Of a stretch of 38,967 nt of DNA, positions 24,169 through 35,980 are shown one piece after another. The notes beneath the pieces were generated by a model. The model was given only the letters and a program-made list of their open reading frames with translations. It made no database searches and was not told the origin of the DNA. Each line of letters begins with the position of its first letter. The first letter of the stretch is position 1. The position numbers and the translations under genes were made by a program. The stretch comes from Salpingoeca rosetta (lineage: Eukaryota > Protista > Choanoflagellata), in contig JAWQFM010000002.1 in assembly GCA_033442325.1 (NCBI GenBank), positions 1,492,714-1,531,680 on the forward strand, written 5' to 3'.

Positions 24169-27100
24169 ATGATGTGTGCGCATTGGCTGCACCGAGCAGT
24201 AGGTCGTGTGGGCCTGCGTGCTGGTGGTGTGGGTGCCGTGGCTGGACGGGGTTGCAGGTGTGCGTCGATAGCAGTAGGAGTAGTGCCAGGAAGAGAAAGA
24301 GCAGGAAGAAGGATTGCAGGGTATGGAACGCTGGCGTGTTGGACTCGCAACAATGCACGTGGTCTGTGCGTGCAGCAGTCGAAACTGCACACGGCAGCCA
24401 CTGACACGGCAGCAGAACACCCGGCCCCGGGGGCCACTGGAATGAGGACACACACCTGTGGCGACATGACTTTATCCCTGGCAGACACCAGCGTCTCACT
24501 CACAGGCTGGATGGCCTCAAAGCGGTGCGCTGCATGTGTGTATATGGGGGGATGTGTGTGCGAATGTGTGAGAACACGTGTGTGTGTGTGTGTGCGAATG
24601 TGAGTGAATGTATGTGTGTGTGTTTGTATGCGAATGTGAGTGAATGTGCGAATGTGTGAGAACACGTATGTGTGTGTGTGGTCAGTTTGTAACGATCCTC
24701 CTGCCGTGGGGTGGTTGAGTTGCTTGCTTGCAAGAGGTGTCATCTCCTGCTGCTGAGGGATGCTGAGGATGTTCACGACCCGTCCATCATGGTTGGTCTT
24801 CGTTGAGTTCACAGCATCATTGGAGACGACCTTGTATTTGCTGTCCTGCGCGATCACTACGGAGCCGTGCAGTTGAAACTGACAGGCGAAGGTAACCCAA
24901 AGCTCCAACCGTGCTACGCACACGCGTTCACGTGTGTAAAGATGAAGGCGTGTGCGTGCGTACGTGTGTGCGTAACTGCGTGAACATGTGTGTGCGTGTG
25001 CATGTTTCACTTATACTGATGCGTTCTGACTTGGACTCGTTCGTCTTGGTTGTTTTCAGACGCAATTGATCGCGTCACCAACCTCCCGCTGGAGAGCACA
25101 ATTCAAGTGCAAGGTAAGACACATCATTTGTGTGCGTGCGTGTGCGTGTGTGTGTGTGTGTTCGTGCGTGCGTACGTACATGTGTGTACATGTATGTGAG
25201 TGTGAGTGTGTGTACATGTATGTGAGTGTGAGTGTGTGTACATGTATGTGAGTGTGAGTGTGTGTACATGTGTGTGTGCGTGTTCTGGGGTGTATCGCTC
25301 TGCTGTGTATCTTCTTGTGGACGCCCTCATTTGCACACCCATGCACTACTCGGTTTTGCTGACATACACACCTCTGTGTTGCTGTGTCCGATGATGCTCA
25401 AGGGCGCGTCACCGCGAGACCTGCAGACATGGTCAACCCAAAGATGGCCAGTGGCGATGTTGAGGTGCTGGTCAGCTCGCTCGCCGTCCTTGGGACCGCC
25501 ACCAACCAGCCGTTTCAGATTGGCACAGAGGGCTCCACGACACACAAACTGGTAGCATGGCGTGCATGTGTGTATGTCTATGTTTGTTTGTGTGTGTGTG
25601 TGCGTGTGTGTCAACGTATGGATACATGCTTGGTCATCTACTCGTATTCAAATGTGCATGTATGTGCATGTATGTGCGACTAGTTTGTATCGTTGCAATT
25701 CACAACCCACACCCCCTGCCTTTGATAGCCAAAGGAGGATGTGCGACTGACACACCGCCCACTGGATCTACGCCGTCCTGCCCTCCACAATGCCATCGTC
25801 ACCCGCGCCCGCGTCGCCTCCGCCACGCGCCGCTTCCTCGAACACCACGGTTGGTCGTGTGCGTGTGTGTGTGTGTATGTGTCTGTGTCTGTGTCTGTGT
25901 GTGTGTGTGTGTGTGTGCGCGGTACAGCTCCCCTCTTGTGAACCCTTTGTTGGTCAGAGCGTTTTATGCCACGCTTCCCATCCGTCCAGCCCGCAAACTC
26001 ATTCACCCACATCAACCCCGCTCCCCCCCCAACACACACACATCGCGCACGTGTATCTGCTCCGGTTGCGACGCAAAGGGTTTCTTGACATTGAGACGCC
26101 AACGCTGTTCAAGCGGACGCCCGGTGGGGCTGCGGAGTTTCTTGTGCCGACGCAGAAGAAAGGCCTCTTCTATGCGCTGGTGCAGAGCCCACAGCAGTAC
26201 AAGCAGATGCTCATGGTTGGCGGTTTCGACAGGTGTGTGTGTGTATGTGTGTGTATGTGTGTCGTTGTTTGCTCGCGGGAGGAGTTGGGAGAATGAGTGG
26301 GCCCTTTTGGTGCAGTAGCGTGCGAGGTAGCTGCTGCTGTCTCAAGTTGTCATGCGGTACAGTCACGGAGTGAACACACGCGGTTCTCTGAAACATCGCA
26401 TCATCTGTCTTCGTGGCTCACTCCCAACAGGTACTACCAGTTTGCGCGCTGCTACCGCGACGAGGGAGGCCGTCTTGACCGCCAGCCAGAGTTTACCCAG
26501 GTCAGAGTCAGTGCCCATGCGATTGTGTGTGCTTGTATGTATGTATGTGTGTATGTGTGTGTGTGCGTGACGCACGGGCTTTGGTTGTGTGTTTGCGCAC
26601 GATGGTGTTTGATGCATGTGATGCACGAGTTTGCGCATGATGCACGTGCGTCCTTCTGACCCTTCATGACTTGTCGCGTCTTGTCTGTGTGCTGCTGGGC
26701 AGATTGATCTTGAAATGGCATTTGTGACGCAAGAAGACGTGCTGCAGCTGAGTGCGTGGCATCCACGTGTATGTGCGTGTGTGTGTGTGTGTGTATGTGC
26801 GTGTGCGTATCCATGTACGTGTGTCCTTGTTCGAATGTGTGTGTGTGTGTTTGTGCTTCTTGGCGACACCTGACACGACAGCGCTGCACCATGACGCGTC
26901 ACAACGAACCACCATCAGCCGAGGCGCTTGTTGCTTCCATGTGGAAAGAGGGCTGTGGCGTCGACATTCCCACACCATTCACTCGCATGTCATTCCACGA
27001 CGCGATGGCACAGGTCGGTTGTGTGGACTTCAGTGCAGAGTATTGTTGTGTTGTGGTGTGCAATTATAGTTGAGCCTGCTTCCGTGCATCTTGGCGTAAC

Positions 27101-27779
27101 GTGTGGCGGTGTATCCATTCTGCAACCCGCATCCAGGGATCCTTCCCCTCTTCCCCTTCACCTCTTCCCCTTCACCTCTTCTCCTGCACAAACCCTCCCC
27201 CTCAACTACAACAAACAGTATGGAAGCGACAAGCCGGACACGCGCTTCGACATGAAGATCACAGACGCCACCGACGTCTTCTCGCCGCATGCCGTGGTGA
27301 GTCAACCTTGGGGGTGGTGGTGGCATGCGCTGTTTGTGTGCTGGCATTCACTTAACGCATCCGTTGCTTGTTGTCGTTGCTGCCACTGCTGCTGGCTGTC
27401 ACTGCTGTTTGCAGCTGACACGTTGTCTGCTGTTGGTGCTTCCCGTTTGTTGTGTGCGCAGCGCGTGTGGGAGCAGGCAATGTCCCATGGAGGAGCGATT
27501 CGCGGCTTCAAGGCCGACAAGGCTGCGGTGCGTCACGCTGCTACACACCACCCTCGCATGCTGGTGGTGATTTGCGTGTTGTTCTCGGCTCGTTTGTGCT
27601 TACGTTTCTTCTTCTGTTTTCATTCTTCTGGCTCGTCCTTCTTCCTCTGTCGTGCCTTGTGGTGTTGTTACAGGCATTGTTCACCCGCAAGAACATGAAG
27701 TCGCTTGAAGATTACGCCCGTGGCATAGAGGGAGAGGTGGGGTCGCGCTCGCATGTTTGATTACACATGTACGTGTACA

Positions 27780-27852
<73 letters not shown>

Positions 27853-29424
27853 CGCACCGGTTGGCAGTGGCAGTGACAGTGTTGGTTACGCAAGTGAGCC
27901 GTCTTCCACCCATCCCTTCCATTTTCGATGCTCCACACCACGGCCATGGCGCGATGTGTGTGTGTGTGTGTGTGTGTGTGTGAGTAATTGTGATCGGGTG
28001 CGTAGTTCTCTGCTTCTCATGTGTGCATTGTTGCGTATCGCGCAGACGGTTGTGTTTGTGCACGTGGACGATGACGGTAGCGTGCGTTCTTCCATTTTCA
28101 AGGATATCGATGATGTTGACGTAAGCATGTGTATGTGGGTATCTGTGTGTGTGTGTGTGTGTGTCCGTGCTTGTGTGTCTGTTTCCATGTGTCGGTGTCT
28201 GTGCTCGTGTCTGTTTGTGTGTCTGTTGCGTCTGACGCGTTGGAAGACGTGTTTGCAGCAGCTGTGGCTTGCCTGTTGTGTTCACACTGCAAGCATCCTG
28301 CTCTCATTCTGTCGTCACGGCTTCGTGCCGATACAACAGGTCGCCTCCGTGAAGCGAGCGCTCGTTGATCGGTTTCAGGCAAAACCAGGCGACGCCATCC
28401 TCCTCTCCGCCGCACAGCAGTCCAACCTGGTGTGTGCCTGTGTGTGTGTGTGTGTGTGTGTGTGTCTGTGTCGGTGTGTGTGTGTCTGTATGCGCATGTG
28501 TGTGAGTGAGGGAGTGCTTGTGTCAGTGTATGTGTGTGATGCACTCGGTACATTGCGATGACTGCCATCATCATGTCCGCTCTGTCTACAACATGCTCCA
28601 TGTTTATACGTGTGTGTGTGTGCAGCTGCCATTTCTCGGCAAGTTGCGGACGAAGGCGGCGTCCATGCTCCAGGACGCGGGGCTGCAGCAGCTCGATCCA
28701 AAGTAAAGAAGGCGTTTTTCACGGTTTAAGTTGTTGCTGTTGCTGTTGTTGTTGCTGCTGCTGTGACTGCACGAGCCAGATCGCCGCTTGTCTCTTGCCA
28801 CCACTGCCCGTTCTTGTGTGCTCATAAGTGTTGCTGGCTGTCTCACGTACGTGTGATGCTATCATACCATGCGCCCTTCACAGGGACTTCCGGTTTCTGT
28901 GGGTGGTTGACTTCCCGCTCTTTGAGCCGCATGAACTGGAAAAAGGTGCGGACTCGTGCAACATCGACTCTGCTTGTTTTACTCTCGCTGACATCTCGGG
29001 CACCGACGTGTCCGTCACTCGGCCCCTCGTTCATAAGCACACACGCACACACGCCAGACACATGCCCACGCTACTTGCACTCACACCTAGCATGTCCCAC
29101 AACTTCACCATCCTTCCTTTTGTCTGCTTCTTTCTCGCCTTCCTTCTCTTCCTCTTCCTCCTCTTCCTCCTCTTCCTCTTTTCTCACCAATTGCAGGCCG
29201 GCTGCAGGCGTGCCACCATCCCTTCACTGCCCCGCACCCCGACGATGCCGACCTGGTCCGCGCTGGTGGCGGCGCCGCAACACGCGCGCGTGCGCAACAC
29301 TTTGATGTTGTTGTGAATGGCGTTGAGCTTGGTGGTGGCTCCATCCGCGTCCATGACCCGGACCTGCAGCTCCATATTCTCAAGGACATCTTGCACGTGC
29401 GTGCACAACGGGCTGCATCATGAC

Positions 29425-29468
<44 letters not shown>

Positions 29469-30171
29469 GTATACCTGTGTGTGTATACCTGTGTGTGTGT
29501 ATACCTGTGTGTGTATACCTGTGTGTGTATACCTGTGTGTGTATACCTGTGTGTGTGTGTATGCGTGTGTGTGTGTTTGCGTGTGTGTGTGTTTGCGTGT
29601 GCGTGCGCATATCTCTGTGTGTGTGCGTATACTTCAGCGACTAACACGTACGCGCACGTGCATATGCGCCGCCTGCGCTTCTTGGGTCGTACAGGAGGAC
29701 CCTGCTGTGTTTGAGCAGCTGCTTGGTGCACTGCGCTATGGCGCACCTCCGCACGGCGGCATCGCGTTGGGGTTTGACCGTGCCATGCTGTGCATGCTTG
29801 CTCAGACTGGCGCCGTCAGCCTGCGTGACACAATGGCCTTCCCGAAATCGTTTGCCGGCAAGGAGCTGATGGTCAGTCGTGGTGATGATGCGCGTGTGTC
29901 TACGTGTGTTTGTTTGTTTGTTTGTTTGTTTGTTTGTTTGTTTGTTTGTTTGTTTGTTTGTTTGTTTGTTTGCTTGCTTGCTTGTTTGTTCGCTTGCTTG
30001 CTTGCTTGCTTGCTTGTTTGTTCGCTTGCTTGTGTTTCGGTGCACGCAAGGATTATCATCTCGCTCATCCACCCCTCTCACCTGTGTGTCGTGTAGTCTG
30101 GCAGCCCATCGGAAGTACCAAGGGAGGATTTACTCACGTATCATGTTCAAACCGTAGATTCGCCACCGTGA
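24169..30171 (+). CDS. DARS2: Mitochondrial (bacterial-type) aspartyl-tRNA synthetase
   Basis: Arg-rich presequence then RTHTCG..SLTGW; FAVLRDHYG; [24 protein letters not shown]; [45 protein letters not shown]; [10 protein letters not shown]; WVVDFPLF; [13 protein letters not shown]; [14 protein letters not shown]; AFPKS. Last exon 30097-30171 (the GTGAGT at the stop could instead be a donor). Confidence 0.95.
29908..30030. repeat. (TTTG)n/(CTTG)n microsatellite in the last DARS2 intron
   Basis: Seen directly. Confidence 0.85.
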
Positions 30172-30296
30172 GTGTGTGTGTGTGTGTTCATGTGTGTGTT
30201 TGTATCTGTAATTGTGTTCGCAGTTCACATTAGACGTTTGAGCTCGATGAGTGCATGTGCCAAACAAGCACGGTCACAAGCAAGCAAGCACGGTAG

Positions 30297-31641
30297 CTAG
30301 TGTGAGTTCATTGGGATGGCTGCGTTTGTGTGCAACTTCCACGGGAGGTAGTGTTCGACAAGGAAGCGCGGCCGTTCTGGCGAGTTGAGGATTTCAATCT
30401 CAGCCTTGTGCTCCATCCTTTGCAACAGGAGCAGCTCTTCTCGCATCTGTTGTGGGAGATGCTCCCGTTCACTCAGCGCCTGCACGTGTGGTGACAAGCA
30501 GCGAGGCGTTTGTTGTGAGCACGTGTGTGGTGTCGGCGTGGGTGTGCACGTTGCTTTGGTTGATGTGAAGTGTGTGTTGCAGAAGGTGGTACCGTGCGTG
30601 TTTCCGACCATGTCAGCACGTGTCAAATGGCACAGAGTTCTCTTCACCTCGAGAAGGCGGTATTCCCTGTCAGACATTCGGCTCTGCGGGTGGAGGGCGA
30701 CGTTGAACCTGTGTGTTCGTGCGTGCGTGTGTGTGCGAGTGGTGTGTGTGTGTGTGTATGTGTGTGTGTATGTGTGCGAGTGGAACGTGTGTGTGTGTGA
30801 ATGGACATGTGATGTGATGTGGGTGATATGGCTTTTAAACCTTGTGGTCTGCTTGGTTGCTTGTGTGCAGCAAAGTACTGTGATTCATGATCAATGGTTG
30901 GTGTGCTGGTGCGTTTATCGTTTATGCCAGCGAGTGTTTGCTTACTCTGTGAGGTCTGACGGAAAGACGCCAAGCCAGCGAATGTGCGGGACGGCCAATT
31001 CGTGGTTCTGGAATGCGAGGGACTGGCTTCCGTACGCATACGTGCAGAGTATCTGCGTCGTGGCCGTGCCAATGTGACGGAGGACGGGGCAGCATGAGAA
31101 CACGGTGTGATATTTGGTTGCGTTATCGGGTTCAACACATTGCCTCGCATGGCATGTGTATGTGTGTGTGTGATCGATCACACTGCGTTGGCTCGGCACA
31201 CAGCACAAACGCCCGCTCTGGTTTGCGTGGAATACCTCGAGCCCGTGCGCATCGGCGTCGACCACGACATAGACAGGCACCTGCTCTGCCACCAGCCTCA
31301 CAAAGTATCGGGTGTCCACCCCAGGGAAGCCTTTGCCCTGGTGTAAACACGCGCGCGCGGGTGTGTGTTCAGAGGAGAAGTGCGTGGGTATACAAGTGTG
31401 TACAGCGAGGCGTGGTGGTGTGGTGCGTGCGACTTCGGTCAAGGAACCGAGGTATTGCAAGCAACTTGTGGTCACATGGACATTGGCTCACCGTGATAAG
31501 GAGACAGTTGTGGGTCTCGGCGAAGTTGCAATCCACAAGTTGCTGCGGGTGTTGTCAAGACAGGCACGTGAGAAGACAAATGATGCGCAGCAACATGGTA
31601 TGGTAATAACGAAACTTTCCCTCTGCATTCTGCCCTCCACA

Positions 31642-31711
<70 letters not shown>

Positions 31712-32549
31712 GCATTGCATCCACCTGCGCACTGACTCAACACACCTGAAGGATGGCATCCTTCTCAACGACGAGGGCACAGGTCGCTGTCACGTGGAGT
31801 CGAAGGTCATCTGTGATCGCAGGAATTGGCCGGGTGCCACCGTGATGCTGCTGCTGCTGCTGCTGCTGCTCCTCCTGTTCTTGCTGTGATTGGTGGGCTT
31901 GCTGTTGTTGCTGTTGCTGCTGTTGTTCGTCGTTGTTGTTGATGTGGTTGTTCGTCATGTCGTGTAGAGTCACCGGCGCTTCTCTGTGCTGGGGAAGGAA
32001 GACCTCGACGGGACCGTGGTACAGGCCACGGGAGCTGGTGCTGAGCAAGAGGGAACGCCTTGGCACACCAAGCATGCAGCTTACCAGAAAGATGGCACGA
32101 TCGGCGGAGTGCTGCGTTTGCCCGAACAGGTCGATGTTTGAGTAATACACGTCCCGGATGGATCTCGGGGCGATGGAGGTGACGCACACGTAGATCTCGC
32201 GCATGACGTCCAGTGCCCGCACAATGCGGGGCTCGAAGATGCTCTCGCGCCGAAACCTGACGCGGCATGCATAGTACATGCGGTGTGGGTCAAAGTGGGG
32301 CACGAGCACGGGCACTTTCACCGTGACGCCCGCACCAGCACTGCCACCGGCGCCGGTACTATCACCACTGCGATCACCATCATTGGTCATCGCGCCCAGC
32401 AGTTGCCGCAGGATGTCCTGGACCACCTGCTCGATCCGCCAGGCGATAACCTCTGGCGGTGCGGGCTGCACTTCAAACAGCATCAGCTCTGCATCCTCGT
32501 CGTCACCGTCGTGCAGGCGGCCAGTGCCGCGGCTGTTGAACAGGGCCAT
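30297..32549 (-). CDS. SPO11: Meiotic double-strand-break transesterase Spo11 (TopoVI-A family)
   Basis: Exons approx. 32549-31746, 31542-31492, 31337-31236, 31052-30946, 30708-30648, 30479-30297. Motifs: RDVYY (catalytic Tyr, 32142-32147), LGVPRRSL, SRGL, VVEKDA, ITGKGFP, VDAD.HG, YAYGSQSL, RWLGVFPSD, KAEIE, YLP.K. Confidence 0.95.
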
Positions 32550-32970
32550 GAGGGGGGGGGGGAAGTAACAGCAATGTGACGTTCGTGTACACTATAACAG
32601 CTACCGAGGAGGAGGAGGGAGTAGGAGGAGGAGGAGGAGGAGGAGGAGGAGGAGGAGGAGGAGGAGGAGGAGGAGGCAACAGAAAAGAAAAACGGCGGGA
32701 AGCGAAGGTCTGAAGGTGCACTCGTGCAGTGACCTCGCTCGCTTGCTTGCACGCACATTTGCTGAGGTTTGAGTTTGGCGGGAAACGGCCAGCCGTGTTT
32801 TGCGCGGGAAACATCCAAACAGGAAGGAAGCAGCAGTGTCGATGACAAAACATTTCCACACAACGCACACAACGCACACACGCATACACAACACACACAG
32901 CGCACACACGCACAACGCACACACACGCACACAACGCACACACAACGCACACAACGCACGCAGACACACG
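32550..32970. promoter_or_regulatory. Putative bidirectional promoter of SPO11 and PCH2 with clustered E2F-type motifs
   Basis: GGCGGGAAG at 32694-32702, TTTGGCGGGAAA at 32774-32785 and TTTTGCGCGGGAAA at 32798-32811, between divergent ATGs. Confidence 0.65.
32606..32676. repeat. (GAG)n polypurine tract
   Basis: Seen directly; one interruption near 32620. Confidence 0.9.
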
Positions 32971-33876
32971 ATGTTGACGATTGAGGTGTGCCTGGCAGAC
33001 GAGAGTCTGGTGCCAGAGCAAGAGATCGAGGGTGCGGTGGGCGAGGTGCTGGGACAGCTCCGCGACACGCAACAGGACAGCTGCGCTGATGGCTTTGACA
33101 AGAACAGCTTCGTGTCCATGTGCGGGCAACATCCAGTGCTGACACACAACGCCACATCGATTCGCTGCAGCGGTGAATGGGTATGAAAAGAGCGCGCGCG
33201 TAGATGCGAGACGGGCGTGCATGTGCGTGCTTCTGCGTGTGTGTTTATGTGTGTACATTGTGTGTTTGTGTGCTTGTGCGTGCATGTGTGCTTGTGCGTG
33301 CATGTGTGTGTGTGTGTGCGTGTGTGTGAATGGAGGAGTGACATGATCACGGGTGCAGAAGTTATGTGGCAAATTGCTCTCTGCACCACCACAAGCATGT
33401 ACGCACAAGCTCATGCCCAAGCACACGCACATATGAATGTATGCACACCACCCCTTCCCTCACCTCCTCACACTGACCGTGCAGGTGCCAGGTACGGAAC
33501 CTTCCGTGTGCGTGTACCGCCTGCATACGGACGGTGCAGTGGAGGAGCACGACGCAGAAGAAGAAGTCACCAGCGCGCTGCAATGGGTGCTTCCCGCGGC
33601 AGAGTTTGACAATCTGTGGGACACGCTCATCTACGACACCGACGTCAAGCAGAACCTGCTCTCCTTTGCCACCACCACGCTGCTCTTCTCCGATCACAAC
33701 GTGAACCCAGACATCATCAGTTGGAATAGAGTGGTTCTTCTTCACGGACCTCCAGGCACCGGCAAGGTCAGTGCATAAGCCCGTGAGGCTGCGTGTGAGG
33801 TTTGCGCCTGTATACGGGCGTGCGTCTGTGTCTGCGTGTGCGTTGTCTTGCGTGTGTGTGCGCTTTGCATGTCACC

Positions 33877-33941
<65 letters not shown>

Positions 33942-34878
33942 CGCCCACACAACGCACGGCTGTTGCAGACAACTTTGTGCAAGGCCCTGGCACAGAAGCT
34001 GACGATCCGCTTCTGCAAACGGTACGTCGCCTTCAACCAACACGGGCACCCGTGCTTACTCGCATCACCCGCGAACAAACACAAGTCTACCCCTTGCAAC
34101 CCTCACTGCAATCACAACTGTTGGTGTTCAGGTTTTCGCACGGACAGCTGATTGAAATCAACAGCCACAGCCTCTTCTCCAAGTGGTTCTCCGAGGTCTG
34201 TATGCGTGCTGGTGTGTGCGTGTGTGCGTGCTTGTGTGTGCGTGTGTGCGTGTTGCACGCGCCTGTGTGCGTTTGTAGTATGCCGGAGGTGGGTGCTCAA
34301 TTATTGTCACTCATGTTATGTGCCTCAACTCGCCCGCTCAACATCACTCCCCTTCCCCAATGTCATCCATGTGCAGAGTGGGAAGCTCGTTGGCAAGATG
34401 TTCCAATCGATTCGAGAGCTCATCGAGAACGAGGATTCGTTTGTTTGCGTGCTCATCGACGAGGTGAGGTGCTTGGCTCATATTCTACCAGACAGACAGA
34501 CAGGCAGACAGACAGACAGACAGACACACGGACGAAGACACATACACAGACACATACACAGACACAGACACATACACAGACACAGACACAGACACAGACA
34601 CAGACACAGACACGTACACACAATCGCAGACACATACACAGACACAGACACACAATCGCAGACGGATAGACAGACACCCACCCACCCCCACACCCCCTCC
34701 AAACACACACAGCGACGTCCAATGTACTCGTGCCTCACCCCAGCTGACGTGTGGACAGGTGGAGAGCCTTGCTGCTGCTCGACGCGCCGCAACCAGCGGC
34801 ACAGAGCCGTCTGATGCCATCCGCGTGGTCAATGCTCTCCTCACACAGATTGATCAACTCAAGACGTAATGCCTCAAG

Positions 34879-34917
<39 letters not shown>

Positions 34918-35941
34918 AGTGAAACAGATATCACTTCATATGCACCACTCACGCACACTGTGTTGTTGCTGCAGCCAATAACGCTTGTCGTGTGCACTGT
35001 TTGCAGGTACAAGAATGTCTTGATTCTGACAACATCCAACATCACAGAGGCCATTGACGTTGCCTTTGTCGACAGGTAAGCGAGACGCAATGCAACAGCA
35101 AACAGACAGATGCAATGCAACAGCAAACGCACACACACACGCACACGTAAACACACATACACAAATACATACACACATATGTTCCACGTGCGGCTCTGAC
35201 CCCCCCCCCTCAGCGCATCGTAACCACGCTCTGTTGCTGTCGTGTCATGATATGGCAGGGCGGACTTGAAGTTCTTTATTGGCCTGCCGGGCATAAACGC
35301 GCGGTACCAAATCCTGAGCTCGTGCGTGCGGGAGCTGATGCGCACGGGTCTCGTGCAAGAGGAGCTTCTTATGGACGTCAAGTCCCTCGAGGACATGGAG
35401 TACGCATCCAAACCGAGTCACGAGGGGTTGCGGCGCGCGCGCGCGCGTGTGTGTGTGCATATGTGTGTATGTAGGTGTGTGTATGTGCTGACGTGTGTGT
35501 GTAAGTGTGTGCGTGTGTACGACTGCGTATGCTTCCCTCTGTGTACATGCCCCCATGTCCGTGTGCGTATGAACACTTGTGTACCTTATATTTGCTGCAT
35601 TCATGTCATTGTTGTATGCAGATATGCTGCGACGGAAGCGACGAGGGAAAGCCTAAAGCTGCTTGAACTGGCTAGGTATTGCTCTCGCACGCACGACACA
35701 AATGCATGGCGGTGGTGGCGGTGTCATAGGGTACATGGTTCTCCTCTTCGCTCTCTCTGTCTCTCTGTCACTCTTTAAGACTTTGTGGTTCACGCCAGCG
35801 CCACTGACGCATGCTCTCAGGTTGTGCGAGGGTCTCAGCGGCCGGATGCTGCGCAAGCTCCCGTTTCTCGCCTTTGCTCGACTCCAGGTACGCACCATTC
35901 AACACAGACAGACAGACAGACAGACAGACACACAGACACAC

Positions 35942-35980
<39 letters not shown>

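Noticed and set aside
30297-32549. Prokaryotic TopoVI-A plus AAA ATPase (CBASS Cap6/TRIP13-like) defence operon
   Set aside because: Both genes have spliceosomal introns and eukaryotic Spo11/Pch2 signatures; no CD-NTase or HORMA gene is present in the window.
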